Numbered from the stretch's first letter, positions 8,398 to 17,689 are shown. The stretch: 40,007 bases of DNA from DHVE2 group archaeon (GCA_015522935.1 WALH01000047.1:1-40007); one strand, 5' to 3'. Translations and numbers: made by a program. Notes: generated by a model not told the origin, from the letters alone.

Positions 8398-10281
8398 ATG
8401 ATAGATAAGCTTCCAGATATATGCGATAATATTGGTGCTGCGATCACACTTATAGATGATAACTACAAAATTTTGGATATTAATCATGAGCTCGTATGGA
8501 AGGGGAAAGTAACCAAAGAATTTGCAGTTGGCAAAAACTTCCTGAATTTCTTTCCGGGGGAACACAGAGAAAAAGTAAAGGAGATGTTAGAAAATGTAAG
8601 GAAAAAGGGAATGGGGAGGGGAGTGGCGATCCTAAATTCTCCCTCTGGAAAGAATTTCTGGATATATCTCAGATTATCAAAAATAGATGGGGGTTTTGTT
8701 GTAACCATAGTGGATATAACCAAGATGGTTAATGAACATATAGAGCTAACGGAGAGACATGAGGAATTGGAAATGGTAAACAGGTTCGTGAAGGAGATAA
8801 GCAGTACCTTGGATATTGAAGAAATTTGCGATAAGGCATACGGAGAGCTTTCCAATATTGTCAAAAATATGGATGCTTTCATAATATCACTTGTGGATGA
8901 GGATAAAGGGGGGATATGGGCAGAATATGTTGTAGGCGAGGGGAAGAAATACGAAAAGAGGAAATTCCCCCTGAGCGATAAGGATACTCTATCGGGGTGG
9001 GTTGCAATACACAGAGAAGAATTATACATAAGGAACATCAATAGGGATAAACTTCCCTCGCACTACAAGCTCATTGGCACTCCCATGCTCACCTGGCTGG
9101 GTATTCCCATGATACATGGAAAACATGTGTTAGGAGTGCTCAGTGTGCAGAGCAGGAAAGAGAGTGCATTCTCTGAGAGAGATATTAGACTTCTTCGTCT
9201 TATAGCGGGACAGCTTTCCATAGCCATTTCCAATGCGATTATCCACAGGAATCTGAGGAGAAGTGAGGAACTGTACCGCACCTTGGTGAACAACAGTTTA
9301 ATAGGAATTGTAACAGTGGATGCGAATGTTAAGTTAACCTTTGTAAACAGAGCGTTTGCGGATATGTTAGGATATAAGCAAGAGGAGATGATTGGAAAAA
9401 CCATCTATCAGTTTGCCACAAAGAAAGGCAGGATTTCTCTGAGTAAAGGTCATGAAAGAAGGGTGAGGGGACTCACGGATACCTATGAAGCAGAACTGAG
9501 AAGGAAAGATGGTTCAAAGGTTCCCGTAATAATATACGCTTCGCCACTTAAGGACGGAAAAGGAAATATAACAGGATCAATAGGGGCAATAGCCGATATT
9601 TCACAGATAAAGAAAATGGAGAACAAACTGAGAGAATCAAATGATTTCTTTAAACTTCTCCTTCATGTGATTGGCCACGACCTGAAAACCCCTCTATCGG
9701 TTATATCGGGATATGCGGAGCTCATAACCGAGGAGCCAGACCCTGAATATGGAAAAGAGATAAAACGTGCGGTTGACCTTGCCAGCATTATAATCTCCGA
9801 TATCCGCCTTCTTCTTCGCATGGAAATGAGCGGGAATGGCAACGTAAGAGAAGAGTACTCTCTCAAAGAAGTGATGATGGATACAGTTGCCATAGTGAGA
9901 GAAAAGTACCCTGAGGCAAAGATTGAAATTAGCGGAGAAGAGGAAAAGCTCTGCGGAAGTAAATTACTCATGCGCGAAGCATTGGTGAACATTATGCTGA
10001 ACGCATTCCAGTATGGCAGCACAGAGGTGAAAATAACATCTGAGAAAAAAGATGGAAAAATCATTCTGAAGCTTGCAGATAACGGTTCCGGCATAAATGA
10101 TGAGAGAAAGAAAAAAATATTTGAGCCATTTTTGAAATTTGAAGCAGGTGGTTCAGGATTGGGATTGCACATAGTGAAGAAAGTTATATCCCTTCATCAC
10201 GGCAAAATCTGGGTGGAGGATAACACTCCGAAAGGCAGTGTATTCATTATTGAATTACCAATTGGGAATAAATGCGAATGA
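8398..10281 (+). CDS. Cytoplasmic sensor histidine kinase (PAS-GAF-PAS-HisKA-HATPase_c)
   Basis: 627 aa with no hydrophobic segments. It has the H-box HVIGHDLKTPLS, an N-box region, G1 (LADNGSGI) and G2 (GGSGLGLHIV). A PAS-like region (TFVNRAFADMLGY) and a GAF-like block lie upstream. Confidence 0.85.
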   Translation: MIDKLPDICDNIGAAITLIDDNYKILDINHELVWKGKVTKEFAVGKNFLNFFPGEHREKVKEMLENVRKKGMGRGVAILNSPSGKNFWIYLRLSKIDGGFVVTIVDITKMVNEHIELTERHEELEMVNRFVKEISSTLDIEEICDKAYGELSNIVKNMDAFIISLVDEDKGGIWAEYVVGEGKKYEKRKFPLSDKDTLSGWVAIHREELYIRNINRDKLPSHYKLIGTPMLTWLGIPMIHGKHVLGVLSVQSRKESAFSERDIRLLRLIAGQLSIAISNAIIHRNLRRSEELYRTLVNNSLIGIVTVDANVKLTFVNRAFADMLGYKQEEMIGKTIYQFATKKGRISLSKGHERRVRGLTDTYEAELRRKDGSKVPVIIYASPLKDGKGNITGSIGAIADISQIKKMENKLRESNDFFKLLLHVIGHDLKTPLSVISGYAELITEEPDPEYGKEIKRAVDLASIIISDIRLLLRMEMSGNGNVREEYSLKEVMMDTVAIVREKYPEAKIEISGEEEKLCGSKLLMREALVNIMLNAFQYGSTEVKITSEKKDGKIILKLADNGSGINDERKKKIFEPFLKFEAGGSGLGLHIVKKVISLHHGKIWVEDNTPKGSVFIIELPIGNKCE

Positions 10282-10339
10282 AGAATTGAAAATAAAAGAA
10301 TGGAAACACTTATTTTGATTTATTATATCTGGGAAAATC

Positions 10340-10855
10340 ATGGAACTCTTGCCTATTCACATATACATTCTTCTTCATATAAAAAGGGCAAATGTGGAGT
10401 ATGCAAAGATGATCTCAAAGATGACTGATTTGGATATTGACGAGATAAATAAAGCAATAGAAGATTTAATGAAATTGGGCTATCTTGAAAGAGATAGCGG
10501 GTCAGCAATTAAGAGAAGCAGGGCAAGATTCAAGAGAGCGAAGGAAGTCCACAAACATCATACATACTATAAATTATCAAGAAAGGGAGAACTGTTTGTG
10601 AGAGAAATAGATGAGAAATACCTCAAGCGATATTTTGATGCTCTTTTGGGAACAGAGGGTTCAAAAATAATCCAATCACTCTTCTCTAAGAATGTCAAAC
10701 CCCTCAATTTAGATAAAGATATTATTGAGAAACTTCGATTTTATAAATTATTAAGCAAATCTGGGAGAACAACAAAATTTTTTAAAATGTTTATGAGATT
10801 TGCAGGAATAAATCACCCAATAACCTTCACGCATGATGCTTTGAATATTAGATAA
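10340..10855 (+). CDS. Winged-helix protein (DUF2250-like) with an extra C-terminal domain; hypothetical
   Basis: 171 aa. The segment EINKAIEDLMKLGYLERDSGSAIK...KEVHKHHTYYKLSRKGE resembles archaeal wHTH proteins. It overlaps the ABC ATPase gene convergently by 43 nt. Confidence 0.4.
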   Translation: MELLPIHIYILLHIKRANVEYAKMISKMTDLDIDEINKAIEDLMKLGYLERDSGSAIKRSRARFKRAKEVHKHHTYYKLSRKGELFVREIDEKYLKRYFDALLGTEGSKIIQSLFSKNVKPLNLDKDIIEKLRFYKLLSKSGRTTKFFKMFMRFAGINHPITFTHDALNIR

Positions 10856-11862
10856 ACATCCTTGTTTTTTTCAATACCCAAAAGTTCCATTGAGTTAGGA
10901 GTTATCACAGTTCTCAATTTTATTCCAGCATCAACTGTGAGCCATACAAGATTACCACGCCGAATAACATCTATGATTTTTCCTTTTAGAATATTTCTTG
11001 CGGAGGAGAATATTTTGTAGGGGGATACTATTATTTCCTCAGGCCTTATGGATACGATCACAGAACCGTGAGATTTATCAGGAGTATACAGAGTTACACC
11101 GTTGCAATTTAGAACGCTTAAATTCCCTTTTTTACCCACTGCTCTGCATCTCAGCACATTTGTTGAAACGAAATTGGCAATAAATTCATTCGTGGGTTTT
11201 CTGAAAATATCATCCGGGGTTCCAATCTGAAGTATTTTTCCATTCTTCATAATCACAACTTTGTTGGCAAGAACAAAAACATCCTCAAAGTCATGGGTTA
11301 TCTGAATAACCGTGGTCTCATATTCTTTCATTACATCTTTAACTAATTTTCTCATCTTCTCTCTTGTTTTCACATCAAGCGATGAAAATGGCTCATCCAT
11401 AAGCAGAATTTTCGGCTTGACTACTAATGCTCTTGCAATTGCAACTCTCTGCTGCTCCCCCCCGCTGAGTGTAGTTGGGTTTCGGTAAAGGAGATGTTTA
11501 ATATCTAAAACTTTTGCTATATGCTTAACTTCTTTTCTTACTTCTCCATCATTATTTATTTTCTTTCTCAATCCATAAGCAATATTATTATAAACATTCA
11601 TATTTGGAAAGAGCATGTAATCCTGATAAACCATGCTTATACCTCTCTTTTCAGGAGGTAATGATGTTATATCTTCATTTCCCATGTAAATTCTTCCCTG
11701 CTTAGGCGTGTGGAATCCTGCAATTGTCTCAAGAAGAATTGTTTTTCCACTACCTGTTGGACCAATTATTATCAGGTAATCTCCCCTTTCCACCTCAAAT
11801 GATGCACTTTCAACTTTAAATTCGCCGAATTCTAAGCTTAAGTTTTCAACTCTTAACAGCAT
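10813..11862 (-). CDS. modC: Molybdate/tungstate ABC transporter ATP-binding protein with a C-terminal TOBE domain
   Basis: 349 aa. It has Walker A (GPTGSGKT), the ABC signature (LSGGEQQRV), Walker B (LLMDEP) and a C-terminal TOBE-like segment (GKIIDVIRRGNLVWLTVDAG...IFKASCVKVI). Confidence 0.85.
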   Translation of the reverse strand: MLLRVENLSLEFGEFKVESASFEVERGDYLIIIGPTGSGKTILLETIAGFHTPKQGRIYMGNEDITSLPPEKRGISMVYQDYMLFPNMNVYNNIAYGLRKKINNDGEVRKEVKHIAKVLDIKHLLYRNPTTLSGGEQQRVAIARALVVKPKILLMDEPFSSLDVKTREKMRKLVKDVMKEYETTVIQITHDFEDVFVLANKVVIMKNGKILQIGTPDDIFRKPTNEFIANFVSTNVLRCRAVGKKGNLSVLNCNGVTLYTPDKSHGSVIVSIRPEEIIVSPYKIFSSARNILKGKIIDVIRRGNLVWLTVDAGIKLRTVITPNSMELLGIEKNKDVYLIFKASCVKVIG

Positions 11863-12640
11863 TTAAGCCCTCCAATTTTTCAAATATGGCAATTGCGATG
11901 AATGATACTATTATCAGAACTATGCCACTTGTTATGGCCATCCCAAGATTTCCATAGGACATATTGAGGTAGAGAGCTATTGGTAGAGTTTCTGTGTTCA
12001 TATATGACCCCCCGGCAAGAATTAGCACGGCTCCAAAAGCGCCCATGCACCTTGCAAATGCTATTATTGTGGATGCAAACAAACCCTTCTTTGCAAGGGG
12101 TAGGGTGATCTTTGTAAATGTTTCAAATTCTCCGTAACCAAGACTTCTTGACACCAACTCATATCTTCTATTAACTCCTTCAAATGCCGAGTATATTATT
12201 CGGGTTGAATATGGAAGTGCAGTGAATATCTGTGCAACAACAATGCCCAATTTTGTAAAAACAATTTTCAACCCAATAATCTCAAAGGATCTTGATACGT
12301 ATGTATTTCCAAAAAATAGAAGCAACGATAGACCTAAAACCAATTCTGGAAATGCCATTGGTAGGTCAATTACTGATTTCACAATACTTTTACCAAAGAA
12401 TGAAAAACGGGAGAGTGCATATCCTATGGGAATCCCGAGAAGCATTACTATGGCGCTTGATACTGCTGCGGTTATTACTGAGAGTTTAAGAGAAAAAATC
12501 ATCTCAGGCGAAGTCATGGATTTCCAAATCTCCTGTGGGCTGGGGACAAAAAATAAAAAAGCTATAGCGATAAATAAAATTGCTGTGAAAAGAGCGGCTA
12601 AAATTATGCAAAAACCTTTGAAACTCAACTTTCCTGACAA
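11846..12640 (-). CDS. modB: Molybdate/tungstate ABC transporter permease
   Basis: 264 aa polytopic protein with an EAA-like loop (SRSLGYGEFETFTKITLPLAKKG). It overlaps both neighbouring genes on the same strand. Confidence 0.8.
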   Translation of the reverse strand: MSGKLSFKGFCIILAALFTAILFIAIAFLFFVPSPQEIWKSMTSPEMIFSLKLSVITAAVSSAIVMLLGIPIGYALSRFSFFGKSIVKSVIDLPMAFPELVLGLSLLLFFGNTYVSRSFEIIGLKIVFTKLGIVVAQIFTALPYSTRIIYSAFEGVNRRYELVSRSLGYGEFETFTKITLPLAKKGLFASTIIAFARCMGAFGAVLILAGGSYMNTETLPIALYLNMSYGNLGMAITSGIVLIIVSFIAIAIFEKLEGLNAVKS

Positions 12641-13422
12641 GGCTCAAACCCCCATTTTTCCCAGACATCTTTATGTTCGTAGATAAAATTGTTGAACTCA
12701 ACGGCTATTTGATAATTTCCATCTTCATTGGCATGAGTCGCCACAGCGGTTGGAATGGTTTTAATTATATTTTGCTCAGCTGGAATGTGAACAACCTGTA
12801 TTTTTCCCTTTGCTTGAGACCATGTGGTTAAATCCTCCCATATTATCGCTGCATCAGCCTGTTTTGTGGCAAGATATATCAGGAGTTGATTAACTGTAGG
12901 TGTAAATGTTATCACATTCTTACTGACATTTTCCCACAAATTATTTTTCTCAAGTATTTTTTTGGAAACTCTACCGATGGCTGGCCCTTTGGGATCGCCA
13001 AGTACAACTTTAACTCCTCTTTTTGCAAGATCATTTAGAGATGTGATATTTTTTGGATTTCCATTTGGAACTGCAATCACGGGGATGTGGTAGGTTATAT
13101 TTTTAACGGTATCCGCAAATAAGTATCCACCTTTTACACCCTCTTCGGTATAATAATATGCACCGGGTATGAACACGTCGCATCCCGTTGTTTCAAGAAT
13201 TCCAAATATCTCTGCACTCCCACCATAATGCACCTCCACTTTAACTCCCGTTTTATTCTCAAAATCATCAATTAATTCGTTCATGGGTTTAATCAGTCCT
13301 GCTCCAGCGCAGATGCTTAGTGTTTTTTCTGTATTATTTGTGTAGAAGAACCAGCCTGCACCAACTGCGCCAAGGATTATTATTGTACTGAGTATTATCC
13401 ACATTTTGTTCATAGTGACCAC
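12625..13422 (-). CDS. modA: Molybdate/tungstate-binding protein (ModA/WtpA-like) with an N-terminal membrane anchor
   Basis: 265 aa. It has an N-terminal hydrophobic anchor (MWIILSTIIILGAVGAGWFF). HYGGSAEIFG...CDVFIPGA and AAIIWEDL resemble periplasmic oxyanion-binding proteins. It is the first gene of the ABC operon. Confidence 0.7.
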   Translation of the reverse strand: MVTMNKMWIILSTIIILGAVGAGWFFYTNNTEKTLSICAGAGLIKPMNELIDDFENKTGVKVEVHYGGSAEIFGILETTGCDVFIPGAYYYTEEGVKGGYLFADTVKNITYHIPVIAVPNGNPKNITSLNDLAKRGVKVVLGDPKGPAIGRVSKKILEKNNLWENVSKNVITFTPTVNQLLIYLATKQADAAIIWEDLTTWSQAKGKIQVVHIPAEQNIIKTIPTAVATHANEDGNYQIAVEFNNFIYEHKDVWEKWGFEPCQES

Positions 13423-13490
13423 CGTTATGCTTGATTGGGAATAACGATGAAATATTTAAATTTTGCTAAGGAAAAAAATTAATTTATTTT

Positions 13491-14675
13491 TTAATAGGTC
13501 ATTCTCTTTTTCTTTTTTCTGTATTTCCATACCCACCATACTACTACAGGGAGTATTATAAAGGACATCATATCTCCAGTGTCTCCTGCAAATGCAAGGA
13601 CATCTGCAAAATTTTTCACACCTGCAAGATAGACAATTAAAGATGGAATGGTGGTAAGACTCCATGCATAAACTTTTTTCATTCTTAGAAATTCGATGGT
13701 GTTGCTCTGCTGTGCAAGACCTATACCTATGAAACTTGTGGTAATTGCAATAAACGGAATGATATTCCCTATTAAGTAGCCTGAGTAGCCATATATCTCG
13801 CTTAGTCCCTGTGTGGCAATCTGTGGGGTATCCTTTCCAAAGGCAAGTAAGAACATAGCCATGAAAAACCCGTAAATTAACGTTGGAATGAGAAATGATA
13901 ATATTACGATACTCTTAGTTTTATCATAATCTCCAATTGCCTTATACACATCCGGGATTACAGTATGACATCCAAGAGCAAAGATGGATATGCCCATCAT
14001 TGATAACATCCCAGCAAGATTGAAATAAAGAGCATTAGATATTTTCGCATACGGTATGAGCATACCCATAACACCTATGAAAAGTGCAAGCATGAAATAG
14101 TACATCATAAGTTCTGCTCTTCCGCTCGCCTGAAGGCCACGATATATCAGAAATGAAGAGAAGACCCAAAATATTAAAGCCCCTAAATTTTCATCAATGC
14201 CGAAAAGTTGTGCGAAAACATTTCCCATCCCTGCAATGTACGCTAAAAGCGCACCAAAGCTCATGAGAGTAATACTCAGATACATAGTCCACCCTCCCCA
14301 TTTCCCCAATATTCTCTCAGTTATTGTGCTCATCTGTGCTCCATTCATACTGTGTGATATTTTAAGAACTATGAGTGCAGTAAACAGCATTAAGAGCATT
14401 ACCCCAAAGAGGATAACTGTGGCAGGAATCAATCCCACTTGCGAGGCTGCATAAGGAAGTCCTAACACTCCTGCACCTATCTGTGTCCCAACTAAAATTG
14501 CAAGGCCTTCTTTGGGAGTTATCTTTACTTTCTCTACTCGAATGATTGTTCTTCTCAGCACAACTCTTCTCTTCTCTTTTTTAATATGAATCAAAAGCAA
14601 CTCTCTTCTCTTTCTTCTTCTCCTTATTTTCTTGATATGCGCATAGTACTCCGCTGTGTTTCCACGGGTGACCAT
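13491..14675 (-). CDS. Amino acid permease (aromatic / hydroxy amino acid permease-like) with a basic N-terminal extension
   Basis: 394 aa with about 10-11 hydrophobic segments. The GTQIGAGVLGLPYA motif is typical of the Trp/Tyr permease and Aa_trans families. The first ~55 residues are Arg/Lys-rich. An AGAGGT sequence lies 5 nt upstream of the ATG. Confidence 0.7.
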   Translation of the reverse strand: MVTRGNTAEYYAHIKKIRRRRKRRELLLIHIKKEKRRVVLRRTIIRVEKVKITPKEGLAILVGTQIGAGVLGLPYAASQVGLIPATVILFGVMLLMLFTALIVLKISHSMNGAQMSTITERILGKWGGWTMYLSITLMSFGALLAYIAGMGNVFAQLFGIDENLGALIFWVFSSFLIYRGLQASGRAELMMYYFMLALFIGVMGMLIPYAKISNALYFNLAGMLSMMGISIFALGCHTVIPDVYKAIGDYDKTKSIVILSFLIPTLIYGFFMAMFLLAFGKDTPQIATQGLSEIYGYSGYLIGNIIPFIAITTSFIGIGLAQQSNTIEFLRMKKVYAWSLTTIPSLIVYLAGVKNFADVLAFAGDTGDMMSFIILPVVVWWVWKYRKKKKRMTY

Positions 14676-14690
14676 TTCTACCTCTCTGGA

Positions 14691-14939
14691 TTATTCCTTG
14701 GGAATAACTATCGCTGTTGTGGTGTCTATAACCCCTTCAATTGTGTATATTTTTGGGAGTATAACCCTCGTGAGTTCCCTGAGATTTGAGGCTTCAACAC
14801 GAATGATAGCATCATAGGGACCCGTTACTGCATTTGCCTCTTTTACATTCTTCACCTCTTTTCTTATTTCCTTCAACACCTTTTCAACTTTATCTATTTC
14901 TGCTGTTAGAAGTACGTAAGCTTCTATTTTCTCGTTCAT
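14691..14939 (-). CDS. Stand-alone Lrp/AsnC ligand-binding (RAM) domain protein
   Basis: 82 aa. The IEAYVLLTAE...VKEANAVTGPYDAIIRVEA...IEGVIDTTT pattern is a beta-alpha-beta-beta-alpha-beta AsnC_trans_reg arrangement. It lies 15 nt upstream of the permease gene. Confidence 0.7.
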   Translation of the reverse strand: MNEKIEAYVLLTAEIDKVEKVLKEIRKEVKNVKEANAVTGPYDAIIRVEASNLRELTRVILPKIYTIEGVIDTTTAIVIPKE

Positions 14940-14990
14940 ATTTCCCCTGCATGAATATGATGTATTTAATTCTTGGTTATGAAAGCTTGT

Positions 14991-15022
14991 ATTTATCCCA
15001 TCTGAATCGCCTGCTCTCTCAA
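14991..15022. repeat. 32-nt direct repeat, copy 1 (relic of the dehydrogenase beta-subunit 3' end)
   Basis: ATTTATCCCATCTGAATCGCCTGCTCTCTCAA matches 16530-16561 at 30 of 32 positions. On the minus strand it encodes LREQAIQMG followed by a stop, and an in-frame stop lies 17 codons upstream. Confidence 0.8.
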
Positions 15023-15079
15023 TGCTGGAATTTTCTTGTAAAATCTTTAGTTATGGTCACCTATGAGTGATTAGAAAAA

Positions 15080-16417
15080 CTAAGAATAGATTTTTCTCAG
15101 GGCATCTTCCGCCGCCTTTAAGGTTGCAGGTGCCGTGGGTGCAGGGGTTAAAAGGGGATGCGTTCCTATCTGAAGCGTGGCATATCTGGCTGCTGTGTAT
15201 CCACTCTCAATAGCAAAGCCCATCAGATTTATTATTTCTCCCACAGTATTACCACCGGCGATCTGTGCCCCCAAGAAAAAACCTCCTTGTTTAGTAAATA
15301 ATAATTTTACATAAATCTTTTTTGTTTCCGGCAATGTTCCTGGATGTTTATCAGTAGTCTCGCTTCTTCCTACTACATACTCAAAACCTTCTCTTTTTGC
15401 CTGTCTCTCAATTAATCCTGCAGCCCCCAACGCAATATCTCCCACCTTGGTGGCAAAGATCCCCAAAGTCCCCCGGAATTGTTTGAACGCCTTAATCTTA
15501 TAGAGATTTGCTCCTGCAATTCTTGCTTCAGCAGCGGCTACGGATGCGAGCATAACGGGTTTCTCCTCTCTGGTGAAAAAATCTCTCTTTTCAGCACAAT
15601 CTCCAACAGCAAAGATGTCTGGATGAGATGTTCTCATATATTCATCAACTACAATTCCATTTTTGCTCACTTTTAAGCCTATTTTTTCTGCAAGTTTGGT
15701 ATTTGGTTTTGCTCCAGTAGAGATGAGAGTCAGATCACTCTTGATTTTATTTCCAGAATCCAAAATAACACTATCTTCTTTTATTTCAACAACTTTGGCA
15801 TTTGTGTAAACGTGTACCCTATTTTTCTTCAGTTCTTCTTCTGCCATCTCACAGAAACCATCGTCAAAGGATGTGTACAGAACATGCGGGAGCATTTCAA
15901 TTATACTCACCTTTTTTCCTATCTTTCGTAGTTCATCTGCAAACTCCACACCTATGAACCCCCCACCTATTATGGCTATATCCTTGCTTTTATCTACCTT
16001 TTTTAGTAATTCTTTTAGATATGCAGGATCCTTTCGAACATAAAATACATTCTTCCTATCAATTCCTTCAATAGGTGGCTTCACGGGTATTGATCCGGTC
16101 GCAAAAACAAGTTTCTCAAACTTTATGTTTCCATGATTTTTACTTATCGCCTCTTTCTTCTCCAGATTCACATCTTCAATTTCATCAATAATTATTTTAA
16201 CATCATTATTTATTAGAATTTCATCTGAAATTAAATTTTTTTCCACCGACTTTAATGTTCCAAAAATATAAGGAATTCCACAGGGTATCACAACTCTTCC
16301 TTCTCTCCTCACAATCACAACTCTTTTCTCTGGATAATTCCGCTTTGCTGACAATGCCGTAACTATTCCAGCCGGCCCACCTCCTATTATAAGTACCTCC
16401 GTTTTCATCTTCGGCAT
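15080..16417 (-). CDS. FAD-dependent pyridine nucleotide-disulfide oxidoreductase (NADH oxidase / CoA-disulfide reductase family)
   Basis: 445 aa. Motifs are the FAD-binding VLIIGGGPAG, a redox Cys context (VVIPCGIPY), the NAD-binding IAIIGGGFIGVE, and FAVGDCA. Confidence 0.8.
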   Translation of the reverse strand: MPKMKTEVLIIGGGPAGIVTALSAKRNYPEKRVVIVRREGRVVIPCGIPYIFGTLKSVEKNLISDEILINNDVKIIIDEIEDVNLEKKEAISKNHGNIKFEKLVFATGSIPVKPPIEGIDRKNVFYVRKDPAYLKELLKKVDKSKDIAIIGGGFIGVEFADELRKIGKKVSIIEMLPHVLYTSFDDGFCEMAEEELKKNRVHVYTNAKVVEIKEDSVILDSGNKIKSDLTLISTGAKPNTKLAEKIGLKVSKNGIVVDEYMRTSHPDIFAVGDCAEKRDFFTREEKPVMLASVAAAEARIAGANLYKIKAFKQFRGTLGIFATKVGDIALGAAGLIERQAKREGFEYVVGRSETTDKHPGTLPETKKIYVKLLFTKQGGFFLGAQIAGGNTVGEIINLMGFAIESGYTAARYATLQIGTHPLLTPAPTAPATLKAAEDALRKIYS

Positions 16418-16529
16418 CTCCTTTCATCTATAGATTTTACAGATACAAGTATTAGGAGGTATATATAATCCTTTTGGTAGACCATTCTCTTTTTTGCATC
16501 CTGTAAATATGAGTATGTATACCACCTTA

Positions 16530-16561
16530 ATTTATCCCATCTGAATGGCCTGCTCTCTTAA
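16530..16561. repeat. 32-nt direct repeat, copy 2 (the functional 3' end and stop of the beta-subunit gene)
   Basis: ATTTATCCCATCTGAATGGCCTGCTCTCTTAA. This is the partner of 14991-15022. Confidence 0.8.
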
Positions 16562-17689
16562 CTCTCCCCTTTCAAATCTGTATGGATCATAGAAATCCAT
16601 GGGCAAATCGCTCTTTCCATGAAGTATTATATCCACTATTCCCTTCGTTGCTGCTGGAGCAAGCATGAATCCATGGCCTGAGAAGCCGGCAGCTATATAG
16701 TAGCCATCATACTCCCTTACCTTTCCTATCACAGCATTGTGATCTGGAGTTTCAGCATAATAGCCAGCCCACTGCCTTATTAAAGGAATATACTTGAGCG
16801 CTGGGATTATGTGAGTAAAATTTTTGGCGATTTCCCTCATAAATTTGTACGTTGTTGTTAAGTCCCATGTTGGGCCATACTTCAAATCAATTCCTCCAAT
16901 CACTCCGCCAGATGTAACTTCCTGCGTGAGATACGCACCACCGTATTTGAAAGATATCACCATTGGTTTTATCTCATCGTATTTGAAAGGTTCGGTGATA
17001 ACTGCCTGATGCTTGTATGGTTCTATTGGAAACTTGAGTCCTAATTTCTCATTCAAAATTTTCGCCCAAGCATTTGTCGCGTTGAGAATTATATCCGCTC
17101 GAATCTCTCCACGAGAGGTTTTTACCCCCTTTACTTCATTTCCTCTATGCAGGATTTCCTTGACTTCTGTGTATGGATAAACCTCCGCATTCAAATTTTT
17201 GAGAGCATTTAAAAGACCTCTAACCGCCAAAAATGGATTCGCTTTTCCATCTGTGGGATTCCACGATGCTGCTTTTACCTCGGAAATGTCAATTAAAGGT
17301 ACAATTTCCCTTGCCTCTTCCGGCGTTATTATCCTTGATGGAATTCCATATTTATTCTGAAGCCTTACATTCTTCGAAAAACTTTCAATCTCCTCATCAG
17401 AATAAAGAAGAAAAAGGTATCCAGTCTGTGCAAATTTGAATTCTGGAAATTCAAGCATCTCGCCTAAATTCTTCCATATCTCAACACTTTTTTTCATCAT
17501 CTGAATATTTGCGTAATCTCCAAATTGCTGCCTGATTCCCGTACCGCATCTGAAAGTTGAGCCTGAACCGGGATATTTTTTCTCAATTACAACCACCTCC
17601 TCCCCGCTCTTTGCAAGCCAGTATGCGCTGAAAAGTCCGATTATTCCCCCACCAACCACAACGACATCTGCTTTACTCTTCATCTTCAT
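16532..17689 (-). CDS. FAD-dependent amino-acid dehydrogenase, beta subunit (L-proline dehydrogenase / sarcosine oxidase beta-like)
   Basis: 385 aa. It has the DAO-family motif DVVVVGGGIIGL and a C-terminal GFSGHGFMLAPA motif. It belongs to a four-gene cluster with alpha, ferredoxin-like and BFD-like subunits. Confidence 0.75.
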   Translation of the reverse strand: MKMKSKADVVVVGGGIIGLFSAYWLAKSGEEVVVIEKKYPGSGSTFRCGTGIRQQFGDYANIQMMKKSVEIWKNLGEMLEFPEFKFAQTGYLFLLYSDEEIESFSKNVRLQNKYGIPSRIITPEEAREIVPLIDISEVKAASWNPTDGKANPFLAVRGLLNALKNLNAEVYPYTEVKEILHRGNEVKGVKTSRGEIRADIILNATNAWAKILNEKLGLKFPIEPYKHQAVITEPFKYDEIKPMVISFKYGGAYLTQEVTSGGVIGGIDLKYGPTWDLTTTYKFMREIAKNFTHIIPALKYIPLIRQWAGYYAETPDHNAVIGKVREYDGYYIAAGFSGHGFMLAPAATKGIVDIILHGKSDLPMDFYDPYRFERGELREQAIQMG

